NCBI GenBank assembly: GCA_041662745.1
Contig: JBAZRV010000008.1
Span: forward strand, 954 to 32,953
Direction: 5' to 3'
Source of the DNA: Patescibacteria group bacterium
Lineage (GTDB): Bacteria > Patescibacteriota > Patescibacteriia > 2-01-FULL-39-33
DNA: 32,000 nucleotides
Below the pieces are notes generated by a model. The model did not search any database and had not been told where the DNA came from. It saw nothing but the letters and a program-made list of their open reading frames with translations. Numbering within the stretch: position 1 is the stretch's first letter; each line of letters opens with the position of its first letter. A program made the position numbers and the translations under genes. Positions 27,601 to 32,000 of the stretch are shown one piece after another.

Positions 27601-27966
27601 GGAAACGGTGGAAGAAACATAATCAACGGTGAAAACGGAGGAAGTGGCATAAATGCCATTGCCGATGCCGTCATTAGGCCGTAAACGAACATAAGTGGTG
27701 GTAACGACGTCGCCCAATTGCGAACGGGCGTCCCAAACGAAAGTGTGGGGCGTACCGCCGGAAGAAGCGGGCAAGCCGGAAACTCCGCTATGGGCCGGAT
27801 CGGTGGTGGAGGCGGTCATAGTCACCGCGTCGGCAAAGGTGCCGGATAAGGAATACTCATAAGCCGTCAAACTGGATATATCGTCTTCCGCGTCTTGCAA
27901 ATTATAATTGACATGGACATAACCATAAGTTGTGTCTTGCGCCGGCGCCACAGATTGCACCTGGGG
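21234..27966 (-). repeat. Intragenic coding repeat array of ~110-aa modules nested in a ~2-kb super-repeat
   Basis: There are ten Asp-box modules following the pattern DTxAPv...Y.L.D.....isxDGGxTW.V.....G..G..v..G.GK.i.W.ag.D...Q....m.vR.r..D..gN. There are four copies of an SxDxxxW variant module (YEYS.D...W.AMTEK.G.GS.G). There are three copies of a YKYVKPYTPSAPT / FN3-like block. Approximate super-repeat boundaries are 26617-27966, 24590-26616, 22569-24587 and 21234-22568. The copies are clearly diverged at the DNA level. Confidence 0.85.
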
Positions 27967-29316
27967 TCGCTGATTTTGCGTGTAAGTAATGGTGATATTA
28001 TCCAAAATCACCTGCTGAGTGCCATCGCTCGACAAGTAAGCGCGCCATTTTATTTGATTGGTAGAAGTGGTGAATTTAGAAATATTGGCGTTAACATCGG
28101 TTGCTGTATTATAATCAGTCGTTAAGGTGGTGGTCGCCCAAGCTGAGCCGTTGTAATATTGCCAATTAGACCCGTCATCAGCTGACAATTGATAATAAAT
28201 TTCTCCGCCGTTTTTAGTCGCTGTTTCCACGAAAGAATTCCAACTTACCGTCTTGAGCATCGTCAATGAGGCGACTGGAGTAGTTGTTGGCTTATCGGAA
28301 GCATAAGCATGAGTGGTTTTCGACCAATCCAACTGGATATTGTCAAAACCAACCGTATAAGGACCAATATTAGAACCGCCGGTTTCCAGCCAAACAGCTA
28401 ACTTAAGATAATAAGTGCCAATAGCCGTTACCTTGGAAGAAACATCCAAATTGCTGACCGAAGTCCAACCTTGGGTAGCGGTTATTTCTCCCGACGACCA
28501 GACCTCTTGGCCGATAGTCGGCGCGCCGGTGCCAGTATCAATAAAAGCGTAAACCTTAAAGGTTATGGGCGGATTGGGAGTAGAATCATAAGCTGTAACA
28601 TGATAATCAAAACTTACAGTTGCTGTCGGATCGGTAACAGTGGTGGTAAAGCCCTGCCGCCAATAACCGCCTAATTCATCATCTTTGCCGGACGGCGCGC
28701 TGATATTTACCCAGCCGCCGGGATTGCCGCCAGTCGTAATCCTAGCTCCGGTAATATTAACCTCGCCCCCTCCCTGGCCCCAATCGGCATAAGTCCAACC
28801 GGTGGTATCGCTGTCAAAACCGGGGTTGGTGATGTTGCCACTATCGGTCGTACCATTATCTTTTAATTGAGCTACCCCGCCGGTTACCTCAATTTTGGCA
28901 GGGTCATAAGTGTAATCGCCGGCGTTGTCAAAAGTCCAATCCTGCGTGTCGGCCAAAATCTGAATTGCGCCCAAAAAAATAAAAGATAAGATGCCGACGA
29001 CCAAAATTTTCAAAACAAACAGGCCTCCCGCGCCGCCTGCAGTGGCCAAACTGATGCGCCGCCTGACGGTGTAAACCCGCAGAGGCTTAACGGCTTTCTG
29101 CCGGCTGGGAAAAATCATTCCTTGCTCTTGCAATCGGTCCGGCGGAACCAACAGGTACATGGGCAAGGAGACAACGGCAAACACGACTTCTATCGCCAAT
29201 AATTCTACGGCTAAAGGCAGGACTCTGTACCATTGTCCGGTTTTAACGACTTTTTGACGCAAACCGAAAACATAGCCGGAATAAGAAAAAAATAGATTTA
29301 GCCAGCGCTTAGACAT
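24715..29316 (-). CDS. Giant surface protein, N-terminal portion
   Basis: The contents are an N-terminal membrane module, a CBM-like head and Asp-box repeat modules. The ATG at 29316 (MSKRWLNL) is preferred over the track TTG at 29376, because it starts 2 nt after the upstream stop and aligns with MKNKWLNL of the neighbouring paralog. There are two hydrophobic segments, an NPGFDSDTTGW jelly-roll-like region and four Asp-box modules. The ORF ends in out-of-frame residues (FSVGILFRRSRQS) right after a T7 run. Confidence 0.85.
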   Translation of the reverse strand: MSKRWLNLFFSYSGYVFGLRQKVVKTGQWYRVLPLAVELLAIEVVFAVVSLPMYLLVPPDRLQEQGMIFPSRQKAVKPLRVYTVRRRISLATAGGAGGLFVLKILVVGILSFIFLGAIQILADTQDWTFDNAGDYTYDPAKIEVTGGVAQLKDNGTTDSGNITNPGFDSDTTGWTYADWGQGGGEVNITGARITTGGNPGGWVNISAPSGKDDELGGYWRQGFTTTVTDPTATVSFDYHVTAYDSTPNPPITFKVYAFIDTGTGAPTIGQEVWSSGEITATQGWTSVSNLDVSSKVTAIGTYYLKLAVWLETGGSNIGPYTVGFDNIQLDWSKTTHAYASDKPTTTPVASLTMLKTVSWNSFVETATKNGGEIYYQLSADDGSNWQYYNGSAWATTTLTTDYNTATDVNANISKFTTSTNQIKWRAYLSSDGTQQVILDNITITYTQNQRPQVQSVAPAQDTTYGYVHVNYNLQDAEDDISSLTAYEYSLSGTFADAVTMTASTTDPAHSGVSGLPASSGGTPHTFVWDARSQLGDVVTTTYVRLRPNDGIGNGIYATSSVFTVDYVSSTVSNVLATQPLGTTTVAVTYDLFDDTADNILVEMQISGDDGDTWTVPATGVSGAVGAGVTAGNGKTIYWTAGADYPNQQKSNMRVRIRAKDKWQNQGVYSASANFSLDTLPAATLTAADLQAQPNAGDTAVLIGGSFTEVNPDANHFYVAIDGGGYSSSTAGDSDTATPSNLATAVGATLDGNDYISQVKIVHTDDYFNLGVNENLTPNSIYKYVKPYTPSAPTLSNPVTTRLDLTINSHAGEAGDVQYALFETTTSKYVQSDGTLGVSPVWQIIGTGSGQWGNNTGSAGTVRITGLSSPVANYIFKVKSRNPSDAGHAASSDSAFSATAQITNTAPGIVLDSYAQTTDGSQYSPIAYTGTDGQGDVTYLSAYEYSVDGSSWQAMTEKSGAGSNGTANLIFLPTGSAYSFVWDSGADLPSLETTTAKIRLRGNDTLTDGSLVASANFSLDNKAPVVSDVTASQNAGARTVAITYNLTDANSSLIQIDISGDGGSTWTVATSSLTGAVGSGVTPGVGKSVAWNAGADYDNQYNTNVLVRVRARDSFGNQGSYSGSAIFTVDTHAPVLSNLSAGQDGNANTFTFHYDVSEDAGNANLLLAVSADGGSTWTVATSSATGDLGVAVIPGSGKTITWDAGADYNDQEKTNMQFRLTATDSFSNNSALASSDFSLDTKSPRLTNVSATQPLGGTSVTITYDLADQNNSLVILDISNNSGSTWLVATSTLSGEIGANITPGTGKTVTWNAAVDFPDQNLSTMQARVRALDIFANQSANVPSADFSLDTLPPAVSVIANLSAQPLAGATTTLIGGSFTEANPNTNDFYVAIDGGSYGSATAGSVNTASPADQATVVGVTLDGNDYISQVKITHTDDYGQTITNENGSPNSAYKYVKPYTPSAPTVNNPGVGTVDVLINKNPAETDGLEYAIYEGSQNKYVQSDGTLGASPVWQVSGTGFFSVGILFRRSRQS
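24753..24759 (-). other. 7-nt homopolymer (T7 on the coding strand) causing the frameshift that splits the giant gene
   Basis: With T6 the reading is ...WQVSGTGFFQWGFYSGVAGKVNISGLILDSYHYQFQVKSRNSSDGAHAASSDSALSSSASSVNQSPTIAID. This reproduces the motif series GTGxGQWG / ANYxFKxKSRNPSD / SSxSxFS seen in the two other copies. Confidence 0.85.
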
Positions 29317-29318
29317 AG

Positions 29319-30140
29319 CTAAAGAGTTAATATGGTTAAGAAAATTCCTAATAAGATGATAATAATCACCGACCAATTGGCCAAGGAATCAATATTCTTG
29401 GCGATTAAATCAAACCAAGTGGAAGTTACTTTGAAATATTGGGTCGGCGCAGTCTCGCTCCTGGTCCCCTGCTGTTGATTGTAACTAAAAACCAGCACCG
29501 AATGATTGCCCTCGCTTAAACGAAAATTGCTTTGCAGTTGTTCTATCCGCCAGTTGCCGGCTGAATCCGCATCGGCCGTATAAACCGCCGTCTGCTGATC
29601 CGACAACAATAAAACAACCGTAGCCAGCGGTTGTCCAACGCCTGAGAAGACGTAATTGCCTCCCCTGATTTTTTTGACTTGTCGCAATTCCGGCCTCGCC
29701 ATAGTGTTTACTACGCGAGCCGTCTGGATTCCCGTATCAGCGGCCACCAATTCCTGTTGCGTAATGTCGGCCGGCTGTAAATCGCCTACCGAATAAAGTT
29801 GCAAGGGACCGAAAACGGTCGGTGTCAAAACAATAATCAATAATTTTGCCAGCCAAACCAAAGCGATAACGCCAACGCCGGTAACTGTTAGGATGCGGCG
29901 TAAATTATAATCAAAATTCACTTGGGCATAAGACCCTTGGTCGGCGAAATAAGCCGTAACGTCGCGAGACTTCAAGGTCAGATATAACGGAAGAGAGGTC
30001 ACGGCTAAAAATATCTCCCAGAAAAAAAGTAGGAAAATATTATAAACTGCCTCCAACCCAGTTTGCCCTACGATAAGTTGTTTGCGATTATAGATGCGGT
30101 TGGTTAAAAGCAATACGAGATTTAACCATTTATTCTTCAT
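29319..30140 (-). CDS. 273-aa membrane protein, a miniature paralog of the giant protein
   Basis: It consists of the N-terminal membrane module, one Ig-like domain and the C-terminal TM anchor. MKNKWLNL, AVTSLPLYL and LRRILTVTGVGVIALVWL align with MSKRWLNL, AVVSLPMYL and VRRRISLATAGGAGGLFVL of the giant. FSGVGQP...SDQ...ADSAGNWRIEQ...EGNHSV...YFKVTS...ANWSVIIIILLGIF aligns with the giant C-terminus FSGVSLP...SDQ...ADSQGNWRIDH...PGQHTV...TFTVKR...LNWQTTVITLIVLV. Confidence 0.8.
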   Translation of the reverse strand: MKNKWLNLVLLLTNRIYNRKQLIVGQTGLEAVYNIFLLFFWEIFLAVTSLPLYLTLKSRDVTAYFADQGSYAQVNFDYNLRRILTVTGVGVIALVWLAKLLIIVLTPTVFGPLQLYSVGDLQPADITQQELVAADTGIQTARVVNTMARPELRQVKKIRGGNYVFSGVGQPLATVVLLLSDQQTAVYTADADSAGNWRIEQLQSNFRLSEGNHSVLVFSYNQQQGTRSETAPTQYFKVTSTWFDLIAKNIDSLANWSVIIIILLGIFLTILTL

Positions 30141-30152
30141 CTATTGTAGTAT

Positions 30153-30536
30153 TTAAGTGCTTAAAATTTTCTCAACCTTGTCTTTTAAGACGGATAAGTC
30201 CGTATCAGCCTTAATAAAATAATCCCTGGCGCCCAAATCCTTGGCTTTCTTAATATCTTCTTCATCGCCCAAATTAGACAAAACGATTACCGGCGTGGCT
30301 CGTAAATTAGTATTGGCCTTAATATTCTTAAGAAACTCAAAACCGTTCATTTTCGGCAATAACAGATCAAGCAAAACAACATTCGGCTTGGTTCTTTCCG
30401 CCATGTGCAGGGCGGTTTCACCGTCAGTGGCGGTAGCGATAGTAAAGCCGCCTTCATGAAAAACCAGATACAGCGCTCTTAATAGAATTTCATCGTCTTC
30501 AACTATCAAAACTATTTTTGTTCCTTCTTTCGCCAT
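30153..30536 (-). CDS. Stand-alone response regulator receiver
   Basis: 127 aa with LIVEDDE, VLLDLLLPKMNG, VLSNL and YFIKAD. There is no output domain. Confidence 0.9.
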   Translation of the reverse strand: MAKEGTKIVLIVEDDEILLRALYLVFHEGGFTIATATDGETALHMAERTKPNVVLLDLLLPKMNGFEFLKNIKANTNLRATPVIVLSNLGDEEDIKKAKDLGARDYFIKADTDLSVLKDKVEKILST

Positions 30537-30539
30537 ATT

Positions 30540-30959
30540 TTAATCTTTTAACGACTTTTTAATATAATCGATGATTTTTTTCATCTCCGTATTGGCTTTA
30601 ATGAAATATTCTTCGGCGCCCAAGGCCTTAACCGATTTAACATCGCCAATCTCGTCAAGATTTGACAGGACGACAACGGGGATATTTTTTACTTTGTCAT
30701 CGGCCTTCAACTCCTTAAGCACCGTAAAACCGTCAATGCCGGGAATAACCAAATCCAACAAAATCAGCTGAGGTAAGAATTTTTTGACCATGGCGACGGC
30801 ATCATTGCCGTTATCCACCACCATGACCTCAAAGCCTTCGTTTTTTAAGCTTTCTGCCAACACTTTGGATAACAAAGAATCATCCTCCACAACCAGGACT
30901 TTTCGGGGTTGTTTTTTGGATTGACCTTTCTCTCCAAGGCCAAAAATGGTTTTTAGCAT
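30540..30959 (-). CDS. Stand-alone response regulator receiver
   Basis: 139 aa with LVVEDDS, ILLDLVIPGIDG, VLSNL and YFIKAN. There is no output domain. A 3-nt gap separates it from the next receiver gene. Confidence 0.9.
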   Translation of the reverse strand: MLKTIFGLGEKGQSKKQPRKVLVVEDDSLLSKVLAESLKNEGFEVMVVDNGNDAVAMVKKFLPQLILLDLVIPGIDGFTVLKELKADDKVKNIPVVVLSNLDEIGDVKSVKALGAEEYFIKANTEMKKIIDYIKKSLKD

Positions 30960-30987
30960 AATTTGATTAAGTTGCCCCCCAAATTAG

Positions 30988-31800
30988 TTAAATATAGTAT
31001 ACCACAATATTATACCATAAACAAAATAAATGCGCATCAAGCGCGCTTGATTGGCTAAACAATTTAATAAAGTTAAAAACAAGCCGCTTAATCGCGACTT
31101 GCCGGTTTTCTTTGGGCCAAAATCTGTTCCTCAGCTTAATATAGGCGTTTAACGCTCTGTCCGGCCCGTTTAAATCATCCAAAAACAATTTCCTGATCCA
31201 GGCCAAATCAATCTCGCCGCGCAAATACTTGGCATAAATCCTATCAGCCAAGCCATAACCCTGCTGATAGATAAAGAATTCCTCAAAATCAAGATCCTGG
31301 CCAAGCGTTTTAAGCAATATCCGCCGAATATCTTCTTTGGCTTTGCCGTTTAACAGTAGTAAATCGGGCAAATGTTCATACAGATTCTCCCAATCACTGC
31401 CCAATAGCCTGGCGCCTAACATTCCCAGCAATTCCACCAATACGCCCAAAGCCATATAATCCTTAACATTTCTTCTTTTATTTCCCACCTTGTAAGAAAC
31501 GCCGGAAGACAAAAAATGGAAAGCGTGCGAAGATTCCTCCAGAATAGAATGATTGGTTGACTTAGGGCCGATGATTATTATTTGTTGTTTCAACAGATAA
31601 TAACTTAGACCGCTGGCTATTCTAATTGCAAATTCTTCTTCTAAGGACCTGGGTAATGCCAGATCATTAAACTTGACAGTTTTGCCAATCCACCAAACCT
31701 CGGGGTAACAGCTTAACTCAATTGACAAAATTTCAGACAATTCCGAAAGCGCATCATAAACCAGTTCCTCAATCTGAGCCTGCCTGTCTCGCCATCTCAT
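30988..31800 (-). CDS. Hypothetical protein, first gene of the cluster
   Basis: 270-aa ORF with an ATG start. It is preceded by AGGGAGGGAGGG (31820-31809), 8 nt upstream of the start. I recognise no family. It contains the ExxHxxH-like string EESSHAFH. Confidence 0.65.
   Translation of the reverse strand: MRWRDRQAQIEELVYDALSELSEILSIELSCYPEVWWIGKTVKFNDLALPRSLEEEFAIRIASGLSYYLLKQQIIIIGPKSTNHSILEESSHAFHFLSSGVSYKVGNKRRNVKDYMALGVLVELLGMLGARLLGSDWENLYEHLPDLLLLNGKAKEDIRRILLKTLGQDLDFEEFFIYQQGYGLADRIYAKYLRGEIDLAWIRKLFLDDLNGPDRALNAYIKLRNRFWPKENRQVAIKRLVFNFIKLFSQSSALDAHLFCLWYNIVVYYI
30996..31017 (-). promoter_or_regulatory. Tandem extended -10-like elements (TGGTATAAT, 4 nt, TGGTATACT)
   Basis: On the minus strand, TGGTATAAT sits at 31017-31009 and TGGTATACT at 31004-30996. 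Both lie in the last codons of the 270-aa ORF, about 40-55 nt upstream of the first receiver ATG. Motif match only. Confidence 0.35.
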
Positions 31801-31808
31801 GCTTGTTA

Positions 31809-31820
31809 CCCTCCCTCCCT
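31809..31820 (-). promoter_or_regulatory. Shine-Dalgarno site (GGGAGGGAGGG) for the 270-aa ORF
   Basis: The purine GGAGG-type tract ends 8 nt before the ATG at 31800. It is the strongest SD I could see in the window. Confidence 0.6.
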
Positions 31821-31892
31821 TGGTAATGCTGTAAAGTGCTATTAAAAATTTAATTTTGGATGAACGTCTTGTCTATTCGAAGTTCCTAAACG

Positions 31893-32000
31893 ATGTTAGA
31901 ACCTTCTTTCAAGAAAATTCTTAAGAATTTTCCTAAATTCAAATTCCAAAAATCGAAATTTCAAGGCCGTGGCGGATCAAAGCGGGCAAAAAGGAAGGGG
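31893..32000 (+). CDS. Possible 5' end of a divergently transcribed gene (36 codons, runs off the right edge)
   Basis: The ATG at 31893 opens a frame that stays open to the window end: MLEPSFKKILKNFPKFKFQKSKFQGRGGSKRAKRKG. It is very basic, has no SD, and is too short to identify. Confidence 0.25.
   Translation, partial: MLEPSFKKILKNFPKFKFQKSKFQGRGGSKRAKRKG

Noticed and set aside
21234-27966. CRISPR array or non-coding tandem repeat
   Set aside because: The periodicity is about 330 nt and about 2 kb, entirely in one long open frame. The copies are diverged, and there is no short direct repeat/spacer structure.
19974-28674. About 25 short ORFs on both strands inside the giant gene, including 24437-24652 (71 aa) across the junction
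   Set aside because: All overlap the long repeat-bearing frame. Their sequences are Arg/Pro/Gly-rich out-of-frame readings. The 24437-24652 ORF is in the third frame and does not continue the repeat pattern. The frame of the 1615-aa ORF does.
19770-29316. Diversity-generating retroelement (template/variable repeat pair) targeting the giant protein
   Set aside because: No reverse transcriptase lies in or next to the cluster. I compared equivalent DNA segments of the super-repeats (for example 24775-24850 versus 26791-26870). The differences include all substitution types and are not restricted to adenine positions.
1-32000. Alternative genetic code (UGA recoding, as in some CPR lineages)
   Set aside because: TGA terminates the giant gene and the double-PAS ORF at sensible positions. 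Long ORFs are intact under the standard bacterial code.
1-32000. Mobile element or prophage explanation for the accessory-looking right half
   Set aside because: I could see no integrase, transposase, terminal inverted repeats, tRNA attachment site or phage structural genes. The base composition looks similar to that of the housekeeping half.

Overview
Every convincing gene in this 32-kb window lies on the minus strand, with very short intergenic gaps. The plus-strand ORFs in the track look like antisense shadows.

The left 12.5 kb is housekeeping and envelope content:
- partial miaB
- a membrane-tethered Clp-D1-only AAA+ ATPase with a membrane-anchored partner
- dnaE
- an HtrA/PDZ-like protein whose catalytic triad appears to be lost
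- three small membrane proteins
- queH, a Nudix hydrolase and rarA

The right ~19 kb (about 12.6-31.9 kb) is one co-directional cluster. A candidate terminator plus rarA promoter lies at its downstream end, and a strong Shine-Dalgarno site at its upstream end. In transcription order it encodes:
- a 270-aa unknown protein
- two stand-alone receiver proteins
- a 273-aa membrane protein
- a giant repeat-rich surface protein
- a six-PAS histidine kinase
- a third stand-alone receiver
- a double-PAS protein and a 66-aa helical ORF
- a dCache-HAMP-PAS histidine kinase

The main observations are:
- The two giant ORFs (1553 and 1615 aa) are one gene of about 3,181 codons, interrupted by a single extra base in a 7-nt homopolymer at 24753-24759.
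- The giant protein is built from about 110-aa beta-sandwich modules that carry sialidase-type Asp-boxes (SxDxGxTW). These modules are organised into a ~2-kb super-repeat.
- The adjacent 273-aa gene is a miniature paralog. It keeps only the N-terminal membrane module, one Ig-like domain and the C-terminal anchor of the giant.
- None of the three response regulators has an output domain.
- A second homopolymer (+1) junction separates the double-PAS ORF from the 66-aa ORF.

I saw no rRNA, tRNA, CRISPR array, transposase, integrase or reverse transcriptase. The gene content and compactness suggest a small-genome uncultured bacterium, possibly from the Patescibacteria/CPR group. That is inference only. 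All domain calls come from reading motifs by eye; no searches were run.
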